NCBI GenBank assembly: GCA_963817915.1
Contig: CAWFQL010000009.1
Location: 224,001-288,000 of the forward strand
Length of the DNA stretch: 64,000 bases
Direction of reading: 5' to 3'
From: an uncultured candidate division Zixibacteria bacterium
GTDB lineage: Bacteria > Zixibacteria > MSB-5A5 > UBA10806
This document shows, piece by piece, positions 1 through 11,064 of the stretch (the first letter of the stretch is position 1; each line of letters starts with the position of its first letter). Position numbers and translations under genes: made by a program. The notes under the pieces were generated by a model. The model saw only the letters and a list, made by a program, of their open reading frames with translations, made no database searches and was not told the origin of the DNA.

Positions 1-1320
1 TTCGTATTCGCCCTTATATTTTCCTTTTATGATTTTATCGATTACCCGGAAGAAACGATCAATCTCATCGATCGTATTATAAATTCCGAATGAGACTCTG
101 ACCATTCCGGGAATGACCGATCTATCGCCATTATTGATTTGTGCCCTGAAAATCGCCGATTGCTCATCAGAGATTTTCATCAGCCTTTGAATATAAGGAT
201 GAGCGCAGAAACAACCGTTTCTGACAGCAATGGCGCCTTCGTAGCTAAGGATAGCGGCCACAATTCCGTGATAACAGCCATCCATATTAAATGAAATTAC
301 TCCCAGTCGATCCTGATTATCGAGCCATTTCGAGGGACCGTAAAGTTTGATTTTTTTGTATTTGGAAAATCTTTCCAAAGCGTATTTGGTCAATTCAATT
401 TCATGCTCTTTTATTTTATCAAATCCCGCTTTATTGTAGAAATCAATTGCGGATGATAGCGCCAGCGCGCCGATAACATTGGGACTTCCGGCCTCTTCTT
501 TATCAGGCAGATGCGCCCATTGGACATCGTCGAGAGTAACATAGCTGACTGTCCCGCCGCCTACAGAATCTGGATCGCCTTTAAGGAATCTCTCTTTTGG
601 ACCAATCAGAACCGCGGCTCCGAATGGCGCGTACATTTTGTGTCCGGCATAGACAAGATAATCGATTGATTCTGACTCTCCCGGTCGCCCCATATCGATC
701 CTTCTATGAGGTGCAAGCTGGGCGGCATCGACAAGTATCTCCGCGCCTGCATCATGAGCCATCGATGCCAATTCTTTTATGGGAGTGACCAATCCGGTCA
801 CATTCGACGCGCCGGAAATAGCCACCAATTTTACCCTGCCGCCGAATTCCTTTAATTTATTTCTGTAATCATCGAGGTCGAGAAAACCATCATCATCGAT
901 TTCGACATGAACAGTTTGTGCCACGGCTCTCCATGGGAGATCATTAGAGTGATGCTCCATAAGGCTTGTGAGTACGATATCGCCTTTTGCGAATTGCATA
1001 CGGCGGGCTATTTTATTGAGACCCTCAGTAGTATTTTTTACGAATATTGAAGTGAAATATTTTTTATCTGCGGATACGAAATCCAGGGCGTCGTCATGAG
1101 CCTTATCATAGATTTCCGTAGAGACTACGGATTTATATCCGGTGCCCCTGTGAACTGAGGAATAATAATCTTTGAATTTTTCCAGTGATTTCCAGACAGA
1201 AATCAAGGGCGGGGTCGAGGCGGCATTATCGAAATTAATATATTTCTTGCTCCGTCCACCCATAACGGGAACAGAGATATTTACGCCCGCAACTGCATTT
1301 CGAAATTCATTCTCTCGCAC
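1..1320 (-). CDS. PLP-dependent class V aminotransferase / cysteine desulfurase-like protein (SufS family); runs off the window edge
   Basis: Not in the ORF track. Manual minus-strand translation from GTG at 1320 gives KKYINFDNAASTPP...YSSVHRGTGYKS...FVKNTTEGLN...MEHHSNDLPW; no stop seen before position 1 in the parts read. Confidence 0.85.
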   Translation of the reverse strand, partial: MRENEFRNAVAGVNISVPVMGGRSKKYINFDNAASTPPLISVWKSLEKFKDYYSSVHRGTGYKSVVSTEIYDKAHDDALDFVSADKKYFTSIFVKNTTEGLNKIARRMQFAKGDIVLTSLMEHHSNDLPWRAVAQTVHVEIDDDGFLDLDDYRNKLKEFGGRVKLVAISGASNVTGLVTPIKELASMAHDAGAEILVDAAQLAPHRRIDMGRPGESESIDYLVYAGHKMYAPFGAAVLIGPKERFLKGDPDSVGGGTVSYVTLDDVQWAHLPDKEEAGSPNVIGALALSSAIDFYNKAGFDKIKEHEIELTKYALERFSKYKKIKLYGPSKWLDNQDRLGVISFNMDGCYHGIVAAILSYEGAIAVRNGCFCAHPYIQRLMKISDEQSAIFRAQINNGDRSVIPGMVRVSFGIYNTIDEIDRFFRVIDKIIKGKYKGEYE

Positions 1321-1353
1321 GGTGGGATATATAATTGATTAGTATGATATTAA

Positions 1354-2748
1354 TCAAGGATTTTTGGGCAGGGCGTAACGATCTATTTTCCTGTACAACG
1401 TGGATAGATCGATTCCCAGTATTTTCGCTGTCTGGCTTTTATTCCATCCGGTTTGGGCCAGAGTATAGTAGATATAGGCCTTTTCCATTGTTTCGAGATC
1501 AGGGCCAATTCCAGCGATAGTCTTATTTCCATCGGCCGAAATTTTCTGACTCATTTCGTCGGGAAGATCTACTATTTCGATTACGTCCTTTTTCGAGAGC
1601 ATAACCGCTCGTTCCAGAATATTTTCCAGTTGTCTGACATTACCCGGCCAGGAATATGATTTTAATATTTCCAAGGCATCTTTGCTCAATGATTTTTCTG
1701 GTAGGTCGAGCTTGGCGCAATGACGGCGAATAAAATGGGCGGAAAGAATATCGAGGTCTTCAGGACGTTGCCGTAATGGCGGAATATTTATCGAAAAGAC
1801 ATTCAGACGATAAAACAGGTCCGCTCTGAATGCTCCTCTATCGACCATCTCCTGAAGATTGGCATTGGTGGCGGCTATCAGGCGGACATCGGCAGTAATC
1901 GGCTTTGTCGCGCCAACTGGAGTAATCTCCTTTTCTTCCAACGCTCTCAAGAGCTTGGCTTGAATCGCCGGGCTAGTTTCGCCGATTTCATCGAGCAGAA
2001 ATGTGCCGTCGATGGCGGCCGCAAGCAGGCCGGTCTTGTCTTTGATCGCTCCCGGTGAATGAACCCTTCATATGGCCGAACAATTCCGATTCCAGAAGGC
2101 TTTCCGGCAATGCCGCGCAATTTATTGATAAAAATGGCCCCGATGACCTGCGGCTTTCCGCGTGGATTGCGCGTGCCAGAACTTCCTTGCCGGTGCCTGA
2201 TTCACCCGATATCAATACCGTAATATCCGATGATGCAGCCTTGGCGGCCAAAAGCTTCAATTCTTCTATCTGCGGCGATGTACCCAAAAATGAATTAAAT
2301 CCGGTGTAAGATTTTCTTTTAAAATTCTGTACTGTGTTTTGATTTTTTTTTGCTCGACAGCTTTTTTTACCGCGATTTTAATTTCTTCGACTTTAAAAGG
2401 TTTGGTGATATAGTCGAATGCCCCTTTTTTAAGGGCCTCAACCGCGGTATCGATTGATCCGAATGCGGTCATGACTATAATATCAAGATCGGGGTCGATT
2501 TTTTGAGCGGCGGACAGAAGCTCGAGACCCGACAATTCCGGCATCATTAGGTCAGTTATTATGAGGTCGTACTTCTGTGAGGGATCGATCTGACAGCCTT
2601 TGAGATCGTTGAGGGCGCTCTTGGCGGAGCTTTCGGATGTGACCTTATACCCTTCCTTGCCCAACATGATCTGCATGAATTCGCCCATACTGGGTTCATC
2701 ATCCACGATCATTATTCGAGGGCCTTTATGTAGTTCCTGGCTAGACAT
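1354..2748 (-). CDS. Sigma-54-dependent response regulator (REC + AAA+ + Fis HTH), split into three ORFs by two apparent single-base indels (~2307 and ~2050)
   Basis: REC (VDDE...DLMMP), Walker [14 protein letters not shown](A), [14 protein letters not shown] and HTH LYRKI; the pieces join after 1-bp shifts. Confidence 0.9.
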
Positions 2749-2853
2749 GGTATCCTATTATTCAAATCGGTAAGTAATAGAACAAGCTTTAGGAATGGAT
2801 TTGTCCCTAGTTGTCAGGAATCCTTGAATGTTTCTCAAAACTTCATTTCAACC

Positions 2854-2943
2854 GTCTTTGCGAGGTCGCCGTAGGCGACCGAAGCAATCTGCGGGTAGCA
2901 TCCACTAGGTTGCTTCGACCGCCTGCAGCGTATTCGCAAAGAC
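2854..2943. repeat. Palindromic REP-like element, family E (GTCWTTGCGAG...GAAGCAATCT / GTTGCTTCG...TCGCAAAGAC)
   Basis: Inverted halves visible; homologous copy at 37029..37123. Confidence 0.75.
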
Positions 2944-2953
2944 ATTGTTGACT

Positions 2954-3019
2954 GGGCGGCAGTCGTCATCGACTGCCCCAAATAAATTCCGAAGGGGCAG
3001 CTGTTGACAGCTGCCGCCC
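2954..3019. repeat. REP-like doublet, family B (GGGCGGCAGTCGTC..CGACTGCCCC / GGGGCAGCTG..GACAGCTGCCGCCC)
   Basis: Two hairpins in inverted arrangement; copies at 22487..22511 and 63771..63835. Confidence 0.75.
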
Positions 3020-3076
3020 AATAGATTAAGCTTTAGAAGCGATTAATATAGGATTTGCAGGATTATTGGAAAAACA

Positions 3077-4471
3077 TCAGCAATGAGGCTTGCCGTTGCC
3101 ATTATTGCCATTGAATGTCTTGATCGGATATTTGCTCGAAAAACAGGCGGTGCAGAAATTATCCTTCGGGAGGGCCTGCAATTTTAACATGCCATCGAGC
3201 GAAAGATATCCCAAAGAATCGGCGCCCAGGAATTTTCTGATGGCCTCGATTGATTTATGCGAAGCTATCAACTCTTTTTTGGTGGGCATATCAATACCGT
3301 AGAAACAAGGGCTTATGATTGGCGGCGATGACAATCTCACATGAACTTCTTTTGCGCCCGCCTCGCGAAGCATGCTGACCAATTTATTTGATGTTGTTCC
3401 ACGCACCAGAGAATCATCTACCAAAACTACTTTTTTGCCCTTCACGACACCACGGATGACATTGAATTTTATTCTGACATCTAAATCGCGAATATTCTGC
3501 GCGGGCTGTATAAATGTCCTGCCAACGTAATGGTTGCGGATGAAGCCCATGTCGTATTTAATCCCTGATTCCTCGGCATACCCCAAAGCCGCGGTATTGC
3601 TGCTATCCGGCACAGAAATAACAATATCAGCATCGACCGGATGCTCTTTCGCGAGTTGACGACCGAGTCTTCTGCGAACTTTATCAACATTAATTCCATA
3701 GATCAATGAATCAGGCCTGGAGAAATAAATGAATTCAAATATGCAGAATGCGTGCTTCGATTTTTTTAGAAGATCGTAGCTTTTGAGTCCGCTCTTATCG
3801 ATCACTATAATTTCGCCGGGTTTAACATCGCGAACATATTTGGCGCCTATAATATCAAATGCGCAAGTCTCCGATGCCACAACCCATGCCGTTCCAAGTT
3901 TCCCCAATGCCAATGGTCTTACTCCGGCAGGGTCTCTTGCTACCAGGAGTTGACGCGGGGTTAAAAGCACCAGACTATATGCGCCAACTAATTTGTTCAA
4001 AGCCTCAGCCAATGCCAAATGTGTACGTGTCTTTTTGGAACGAGCCAAAAGATGCAGAATCACCTCGGTATCGGAAGATGATCTTAAAATCGATCCGGCT
4101 TTCTCCAGTTGTTTTTTTATAGCACGATAATTGGTTAGATTGCCATTATGGGCAACCGCTAGATAGCCTCGGCTGTAATTGATAACCAGTGGTTGTATAT
4201 TGGCTTCGGACGATTCGCCCGTAGTTGAATATCTATTGTGGCCGACAGCAGAATGGCCGCTTAAGGATTTTATTGTGTCTTTCGATGAGAAAACTTCATT
4301 TACAAGCCCCATACCGAGATGCGAATGAAAACCGCCATTATTGGCCGTAATAATCCCACATGACTCTTGGCCCCTATGCTGCAGTGCATATAGACCCAAA
4401 TAAGTCAACTCGGCGGCGTTCTGAGCTCCAAAAACGCCGAAGACACCGCATTTATCTTTAATCATTGCCAA
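3077..4471 (-). CDS. purF: Amidophosphoribosyltransferase (Bacillus-type, short propeptide, Fe-S cysteines)
   Basis: KCGVFG, LQHRGQES, GHNRYST, VDDSLVRGTT, CFYGID, CTACF. Confidence 0.97.
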   Translation of the reverse strand: MAMIKDKCGVFGVFGAQNAAELTYLGLYALQHRGQESCGIITANNGGFHSHLGMGLVNEVFSSKDTIKSLSGHSAVGHNRYSTTGESSEANIQPLVINYSRGYLAVAHNGNLTNYRAIKKQLEKAGSILRSSSDTEVILHLLARSKKTRTHLALAEALNKLVGAYSLVLLTPRQLLVARDPAGVRPLALGKLGTAWVVASETCAFDIIGAKYVRDVKPGEIIVIDKSGLKSYDLLKKSKHAFCIFEFIYFSRPDSLIYGINVDKVRRRLGRQLAKEHPVDADIVISVPDSSNTAALGYAEESGIKYDMGFIRNHYVGRTFIQPAQNIRDLDVRIKFNVIRGVVKGKKVVLVDDSLVRGTTSNKLVSMLREAGAKEVHVRLSSPPIISPCFYGIDMPTKKELIASHKSIEAIRKFLGADSLGYLSLDGMLKLQALPKDNFCTACFSSKYPIKTFNGNNGNGKPHC

Positions 4472-4600
4472 AATCCAAGTTAAAAACTACATCACGATCA
4501 GCCGATAACCATAATACGGGCCGGTCTTAATCATCTTAACTTGCGAATCATATTGACGGTTTCGGCCGCTGTCAAGTATAATATCCCGAAAGGTATATTA

Positions 4601-5770
4601 ATGGTGAAATTGCCTGATTTTAAAATAATAGAGACTCTTACAATACTAAATTCAGTCGGTAAAGCCCAGTTGAATGACCTTGGCAACGCCTGCGCCGATG
4701 CTATCTTTGCAGTATCTAACCCATTGGCAGTTCAAGTGTTAATAAAGATTCCAGGGCTTGATATCGAAACAACAACACGAGGCAACCAGATAGACGTTTC
4801 AGTGTTATCAGAATTTATTAAATCGCATTTCTATGACAGTTTTGATAAAGAAAGTAAAATCCCCTATTTCGCTGAGATGTCTCTGGATGACGGCAGGACA
4901 ATAACATTCTCAAGAATCAAATATATCGGAATCCCGGTTGCCATTATTTCGGTGCTTTCAGACTACACGGAAAATAACATATTCCCTTCCTCAGAATGTC
5001 TGCGATATTGCTCATCTCAATTGAATAGCAGAATCGGATTCATGCTCTCCCAGGAAAATCCGTTTTCATCGGAGATAACCGCTCGACGGCTTTTTAAGGA
5101 GTTGGATTCGGAGCATGTCAGGGCTGTCACAATCAACGCTATCGCAAATGACTATTCTAAATGGATTTCAGTCTTCAGAAAAGATGGCAAGATACTTAGT
5201 AATCGATTGGAATCATCGAATGTCCTTCCGAAAGACATAAAATCTGCTGAAAATATCGATGACAAAACTATTGAAGTTTTGTGGCCCGGTATGGGACTCA
5301 TCGGAGGAATTTGGGTTATCGATAATCGCGGTCGGGCGATTGCAGTCGGGCTCGATGATAAACGTTTGCAAGGCGACAAATTTCGTTCGAGAGTCAAAGA
5401 AAATATAGAAAGTATATCTGCTTTCGATGCTGAACAACTCGCCAGATCGCTCGATCGATTAAGAACCGATTTCAAAAAATTGGTTCAGGCCGAACGGGCC
5501 GCGGCAATTACCGAAACAGCAATATCGCTTAATCATGAAATAAATAATCCGCTCACCGCGATTTTAGGCAATATTCAACTGATGCTCATGAACAAGGCGA
5601 AACTCCCCGAAGAAGTTGTTAACAAACTTACGACTATTGAATCATCAGCTCTGAAAATCCGCGAAACCACCAGCAAACTGATGTCGATTATCGAGCCGGT
5701 CACGACCCCATACGCGTCCGGCCTTGAAATGATCGATATCGAAAAAAGCAAAAAGAAGAAGCCTGAGTAA
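4601..5770 (+). CDS. Protein with a C-terminal HisKA (H-box) domain and no HATPase domain
   Basis: LNHEINNPLTAILG near the C-terminus and no N/G boxes; ATG at 4601 chosen because a TTGACG-N18-TATAAT promoter lies upstream (ORF track start 4541). Confidence 0.7.
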   Translation: MVKLPDFKIIETLTILNSVGKAQLNDLGNACADAIFAVSNPLAVQVLIKIPGLDIETTTRGNQIDVSVLSEFIKSHFYDSFDKESKIPYFAEMSLDDGRTITFSRIKYIGIPVAIISVLSDYTENNIFPSSECLRYCSSQLNSRIGFMLSQENPFSSEITARRLFKELDSEHVRAVTINAIANDYSKWISVFRKDGKILSNRLESSNVLPKDIKSAENIDDKTIEVLWPGMGLIGGIWVIDNRGRAIAVGLDDKRLQGDKFRSRVKENIESISAFDAEQLARSLDRLRTDFKKLVQAERAAAITETAISLNHEINNPLTAILGNIQLMLMNKAKLPEEVVNKLTTIESSALKIRETTSKLMSIIEPVTTPYASGLEMIDIEKSKKKKPE

Positions 5771-5892
5771 TCCCTTTATACTTGCAAATTATTATCGTTA
5801 AATATTTTTCATCTCAAAATTCCATGTTAATCATTTCACTTGATGTTATGAAAATTATTAACTAAATTCCCCCCCATTATGAAGGAGGCGGT

Positions 5893-6738
5893 TTGGGAAT
5901 TCTGACATTCATGGCAAGAAGATTTATCGCCGGCGAGACCAAAGAGCAAGCGTTCGAGGCTGTAAGAAAACTAAATGGCCTTGGAATGAAGGCAAGTCTC
6001 GATATCTTGGGCGAGAATGTTTCATCTAAGGAAATGGCGCGCAACTTAGCGGATTTATATATCGATATATTAAATTCTATAGCAGATCAAAAGATCACGG
6101 CCAATGTATCGGTAAAATTGACGCAGATGGGGCTCGATGTTTCCGATGATTTCTGCTTTGAAAACGTGAGCCGTATAATAGAAACTGCCAAAAGCCATAA
6201 TAATTTCGTCCGAATCGATATGGAAGGCTCGAATTATACAGATCGCACGCTGAATTTGGTTCACCGCTGGGCCGAAAAGTACGATAATATCGGGACTGTA
6301 ATTCAAGCGTCGCTTTATCGTTCGGCACGAGATGTTGATGAGCTGATGCGAAGAAAAATCAAGGTTCGTTTGTGTAAGGGAGCTTATAAAGAACCCGCGG
6401 CCGTGGCATTTCAGAAGAAAGATGACGTTAATTCCAATTATATTTTATTAATGAAAAAGCTTTTAGACAGCGGTCTATTCCACTCAATCGCGACGCACGA
6501 TGACGCCATGATTACCGCTACATGCGAGTACGCAAAAGAAAAGGGAATAGAAAAAGGAAAATACGAATTCCAAATGCTGTACGGTATAAATCGCTCAGGT
6601 CAGCTGCAGCTTATCAAAGATGGGTATAAGATGCTGATCTATGTGCCATTCGGTACACATTGGTTCCCATATTATTATAGAAGAATGCGGGAACGAAAAG
6701 AAAACCTGCTCTTTGTAGTTAAGCATATATTCAATTAA
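5893..6738 (+). CDS. Monofunctional proline dehydrogenase
   Basis: RFIAGE, SVKLTQMG, RIDME, VRLCKGAY, ATHD, EFQMLYG, YVPFG, RRMRER; GGAGG SD before the TTG start. Confidence 0.92.
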   Translation: MGILTFMARRFIAGETKEQAFEAVRKLNGLGMKASLDILGENVSSKEMARNLADLYIDILNSIADQKITANVSVKLTQMGLDVSDDFCFENVSRIIETAKSHNNFVRIDMEGSNYTDRTLNLVHRWAEKYDNIGTVIQASLYRSARDVDELMRRKIKVRLCKGAYKEPAAVAFQKKDDVNSNYILLMKKLLDSGLFHSIATHDDAMITATCEYAKEKGIEKGKYEFQMLYGINRSGQLQLIKDGYKMLIYVPFGTHWFPYYYRRMRERKENLLFVVKHIFN

Positions 6739-6762
6739 TAAAATCCGTATTTAGATTATAAT

Positions 6763-7236
6763 TTAGAAGAGATCGGCCAATAACGAGGCGATCGATTCTA
6801 ATATTTGCTGGTCTTGCGCGCCGAACGCGTCAGGCTTATGCGAATCTATATCGATCTCGCCATAAATCTTCTTGCCTTTTCTGATCGGAACGACAATTTC
6901 GGATTTCGTTTTCAAGGAACAAGCCAGATATCTCGGATCCTTGTTTACATCCGGTACAATGATTGTTTTTTCTTCCCTCACGGCCGCGCCGCAGATGCCA
7001 CTATCAGTCTTGATCCTCGTATGTGGCGAGGGTTCACCACGGTATGGGCCGAGAATCAAAGAATCATCGTTTTCAAGCAAATATATTCCTACCCAGTTAT
7101 AATATGGGAAGTTGGCCTTTAATAATCCTACTATTCCCTCTAACGCCGAATGTCTATTTGATGCAGTTTTAATAAAGTCATCTGCCAAACGAAGAATCTG
7201 GTCAGCCGATATCTCAGGCGTGTAATTGTCTGTCAT
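6763..7236 (-). CDS. msrC: GAF-domain free methionine-(R)-sulfoxide reductase-like protein
   Basis: NWVGIY, GICG, YLACS..KSEIVVP, EIDIDS. Confidence 0.75.
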   Translation of the reverse strand: MTDNYTPEISADQILRLADDFIKTASNRHSALEGIVGLLKANFPYYNWVGIYLLENDDSLILGPYRGEPSPHTRIKTDSGICGAAVREEKTIIVPDVNKDPRYLACSLKTKSEIVVPIRKGKKIYGEIDIDSHKPDAFGAQDQQILESIASLLADLF

Positions 7237-8240
7237 AGCTCCACTTTTCTATAATCTTTCTCGCGATCTTCAAATTTTCCATCGGAGTGCCATGTATAAG
7301 AGTGCATCCAGGGCCGATTATCAATCTGCCAAATTCAGCCTCGCCAAGCGATTTTTCTATTTGCGATTCGATCTCGAATTTTGTGCCCAGGTATAAGGTT
7401 CGATTTTGATCCATGCCTGCGATAAATATTTTGTCGGTTATTTGAGCCGCCTGATTGATTGACAAATTCCCATTCTCAAATGGATTCCAACTTATCGCCG
7501 GAACCGGATAATCTACAACTAATGGCAACATATTGTTTTTGCCGCATACATGCAAAATATTAAATTTTCCAGATGCGACGGCGCGCAGAATCTTAAGGTC
7601 ATAATTTCTTCCGAACTCCAGATATTCTTCTTCGGTCAATAAATCGCGGCTGGCCCATTCGGTTGTGGCAAAGAATATCCCGGAAATACCGATATTGAAC
7701 AACTCGTGAACAAAACAGAAAAATGTCTCGGTGATCGCCTCCAGCGCCGAATGTAATTTCTCGGAATCTTCGTGCATAAGCTCTAAGAAGCGCATATCCG
7801 AACCTACCAGGTCCGCCGCTATCGAGAGCGGGGAAAATACTGTTTGTACACAATGAATATCATCCCCGGCTCCGGCCAGAATATCCTTGCATGCCGCCAA
7901 CGTCTCCCCTAATACTCGGCTGTGACAATCCAATACCCTGATTTTTTCCCAATCATTTTTACTTTTTACCGGGAAGCTGATTTTCTTATGCTTCGAGAGT
8001 GGATCATTAGAAAATTCGAGCCTGACACCCCAATCTTCGACATGATATGACGACCTGGGATTAATCTTTATGAAATCCCAATCGAATTCCCTCTGAAATT
8101 CTATCATAGCAGTCCACAAGACCTTCGCGGACACTTTCCCTGTCATAAAAATGACGCCAGGCGGAAATGGCAGGTCGATCGACCTCCATACCATCAAGTA
8201 TCCGATGGATTCTCTCTTTATGTGTCATTGCGGATTTCAT
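7214..8240 (-). CDS. Uroporphyrinogen decarboxylase / MtaA-CmuA superfamily enzyme; apparent indel at ~8112
   Basis: True N-terminus lies in another frame (MTHKERIHRILDGMEVDRPAISAWRHF); QTVFSP, ILHVCG and IGPGCT motifs. Confidence 0.75.
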
Positions 8241-8391
8241 TATCTGGCACCAACTTTAGCTGAAATATTCACCTGAATTTATAAAGTCTTTGGAGCTAGG
8301 TAAAGTTTCATTTTTCTGCCAAAAAAACGCTGGATATTCGATAGAAATTGGCAGCACAATGATGGTGTTTTGAAATTCGGAATACTTCCTA

Positions 8392-10224
8392 TTATGATTT
8401 GATTTCCTTAATAATCTCAATGCAGGTTTCGAAACGTCCAAATGACGGCATGAGATATATACCGGATACGAGATTGCGAGCTTGTTCGATATATTCCTGT
8501 GCTACTTCCCGCCCTACCAATGCCGATTTCTCGCCTGCCTTTTCCATAGCCTGTCTTATTGGGACTGGTATGTCGATTCCGGGCACTTCAAAATGGAGAT
8601 ATTGCGCATGCTTAAAATTTACCAGCGGCAAAATACCAAGCATAACCGGAATATCAGGCTTCAGAGCGTCCATGAATCTTTTCAAAATGTCAATTTCATA
8701 AAGCGGCTGAGTCATTATATACTGACCGCCAGCATCGATTTTGGCTTGCAGACGTTTGATCTCATTATCAAAATCGGAACTTGCCGGGTTGGCCGCTACG
8801 CCGATAGAAAATGATGTCGGCTTGCCTATAGAATTGCCGGCAGCGTCGACTCCGGAGTTCAATCTCGATATTATTTTCACCAAACCGATCGAATCAACGT
8901 CATAAACCGCCGTGGCCTGAGGATAGTCGCCAACCGATGGCGGGTCGCCGGTTAGTGCCAGGATATTTCTTATCCCAATCGCGTGCGCTCCGATTAAATC
9001 GGCCTGCAAGCCCATCAGATTGCGGTCGCGCGCGGTAAAATGAAGCACAATATCGATATCAACCGAGGACGATATAAGATATGCCAATGCCTGACAGCTC
9101 ATTCTAACACGCGCCATAGGTGAATCGGCGATATTTACGGCGTCAGCACCGGCGGCTTTTAGATCCGAGGCAGCTTGAATCATCTTCGATGGATTACTGC
9201 CCTTTGGAGGATCAATTTCCACCGAAATTACGAAATCATTTTTGAGTTTCTCATAAAATTTGGTCTGCACGCCGCCGGCAATATCCAGCTCTTTGTGTTT
9301 CCTATGGTGCTTGACTACTGATGATGATGAGCTTTGATCGACCGAGGCGCCCTTAACAGCGCTTACTATCGCCGCGATATGCTCCGGTCTTGTACCGCAG
9401 CATCCGCCTATCAATCTAGCTCCAGCCTTGACAAATGATGTAGCACACTGCGCAAAATAATCCGCCGATGTGAGATAGATAAATCGGCCTTCGAAATATT
9501 TCGGCATACCAGCGTTGGGCTGAGCGGAAATATAACGTACGCCTTCTTTCGCCAATTGCTCGACGACTTCAAGCATCTTCTGGGGACCTACCGAACAGTT
9601 GGCGCCGATAACATCGATATCGAGATGACTAAGTCTATCCGCGATTTCCGCGGGAGTGTTTCCATAAAATGTCGTGCCTTCTGTCGTATATGACATTTGA
9701 GCCACGATCGGTAGATCGGAAATCGATTTTATGGCCTCGACAGCAATTGTCATCTCATCGATGCTGGAAATTGTCTCTATTATGAAAAGATCAATTCCGC
9801 CTTCCAGAAGAGCTCCGCCCTGTTCGATAAAAGCGTTACGAGCTTCGCCAATCTTGATCTTCCCAAGAGGCTCCAACGGCTTCCCCAATGGGCCGATTGA
9901 ACCGGCGATGAGAATATCCATGCCCGATACTTCGCGGGCTTCTCTGGCGATCTTGACAGCCTTAATATTGATATCACGAACAAGATTTTCATAGCCATGT
10001 GATGCCAGCCTAAATCTGTTGGCGCCGAATGAATTGGTCTCGATCATCTCCGCGCCGGCATCGATATATTCCCTATGAACTTCGGCAATTATTTCTGGCT
10101 TTGAAATACAAAGCTCGTCGAGGCAATGCTCATATGAGATTCCCTTTTGATTGAGATAGGTGCCCATGGCGCCATCGCAAATCAATATACCCTTGTCCAG
10201 TCTGCTCTTGAGGTTTAATATCAT
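8392..10224 (-). CDS. yitJ: Bifunctional homocysteine S-methyltransferase / 5,10-methylenetetrahydrofolate reductase (YitJ type)
   Basis: DGAMGT, GANCSVGP and GGCCGT (HMT Zn ligands), then SVEIDPP, NIADSPMARVR, TGDP, MTQP (MTHFR domain). Confidence 0.92.
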   Translation of the reverse strand: MILNLKSRLDKGILICDGAMGTYLNQKGISYEHCLDELCISKPEIIAEVHREYIDAGAEMIETNSFGANRFRLASHGYENLVRDINIKAVKIAREAREVSGMDILIAGSIGPLGKPLEPLGKIKIGEARNAFIEQGGALLEGGIDLFIIETISSIDEMTIAVEAIKSISDLPIVAQMSYTTEGTTFYGNTPAEIADRLSHLDIDVIGANCSVGPQKMLEVVEQLAKEGVRYISAQPNAGMPKYFEGRFIYLTSADYFAQCATSFVKAGARLIGGCCGTRPEHIAAIVSAVKGASVDQSSSSSVVKHHRKHKELDIAGGVQTKFYEKLKNDFVISVEIDPPKGSNPSKMIQAASDLKAAGADAVNIADSPMARVRMSCQALAYLISSSVDIDIVLHFTARDRNLMGLQADLIGAHAIGIRNILALTGDPPSVGDYPQATAVYDVDSIGLVKIISRLNSGVDAAGNSIGKPTSFSIGVAANPASSDFDNEIKRLQAKIDAGGQYIMTQPLYEIDILKRFMDALKPDIPVMLGILPLVNFKHAQYLHFEVPGIDIPVPIRQAMEKAGEKSALVGREVAQEYIEQARNLVSGIYLMPSFGRFETCIEIIKEIKS

Positions 10225-10341
10225 TGCGCCAACTTATTATAATAGATAATTTCGGTCAATATAATTCTCCCGGCACTCAGACTCTTCAAATGCGGTAATA
10301 GGCATTCGATAGAATTTGTAAATTAAATTCTATAGGATTAG

Positions 10342-10806
10342 TTAATTTTTGAGGTCCTGAATAACAGCCATCAGGCTTCCCTCGTCGGTAGTTGAATGAG
10401 GGAATGAGAATTCTTTAATTGGCACGCGCCAATCGATTGGGGACTTTATATTGTTGCAGAGGAAATATTTGACCATCTTTTTTAATCTCTTGGCCAGAGA
10501 GTTGGCGCCTTCTTTTGGGGTCTCAATTAAAAGGATAGCTATCTTACCCCTGATTGAACTGCTGATTATGTCTGTCTCACGGATTGATTTCCTCACTAAT
10601 CCGCAAAGCGAAAGATAAAATTCGCCCAAATCTCTATAATTTTCAATTTCGCCGCGATTATTTAGGTGGGACAGATCCAATATCAAAAGCGATACAAATG
10701 ACGGATATCGTTTAACGCGCTTGATCTCTTCTAAGGCTCTGAATTTGAATAGCTCAAGATCATTATAGCTCTTGCCTATTTTGGTAATTCGTTCATTTGC
10801 TAACAT
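10342..10806 (-). CDS. Small degenerate GGDEF-fold protein
   Basis: EEIKRVKRY..VSLLILD...IRETDII...IAILLIET..GA..LAKRLK pattern; GGDEF signature replaced. Confidence 0.65.
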   Translation of the reverse strand: MLANERITKIGKSYNDLELFKFRALEEIKRVKRYPSFVSLLILDLSHLNNRGEIENYRDLGEFYLSLCGLVRKSIRETDIISSSIRGKIAILLIETPKEGANSLAKRLKKMVKYFLCNNIKSPIDWRVPIKEFSFPHSTTDEGSLMAVIQDLKN

Positions 10807-10877
10807 ATTTTGTTTCTCCGACGACTTCCGCTCACCCGGAAAGGGGTAGAGATATTACTATAACCTATCGACATTAA

Positions 10878-10893
10878 AGCAAATTAGATGCCG
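10878..10893 (-). promoter_or_regulatory. Sigma-54 (-24/-12) promoter for the degenerate GGDEF gene
   Basis: Minus strand CGGCATCTAATTTGCT with exact GG-N10-GC spacing; IHF-like AATCAGGGACTTA at 10932..10944. Confidence 0.65.
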
Positions 10894-11064
10894 TAAATTG
10901 TGGAAAGATTTGAAGTTGGCGCAATCTTTTGAATCAGGGACTTAGCTCTTTACGATACTCGGGTTTAGCGGTTTTAATTGCGAAAACTAATGAATCTTAT
11001 TCTTAGGATTAAATCAGGCGGATATTTCGCATTTTGCAAAACATTTCATATATAATGCAGGAAA

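Noticed and set aside
10225..10341. SAM riboswitch upstream of yitJ (and of metE at 20300..20435)
   Set aside because: No S-box core motifs; the promoter appears to abut the start codon
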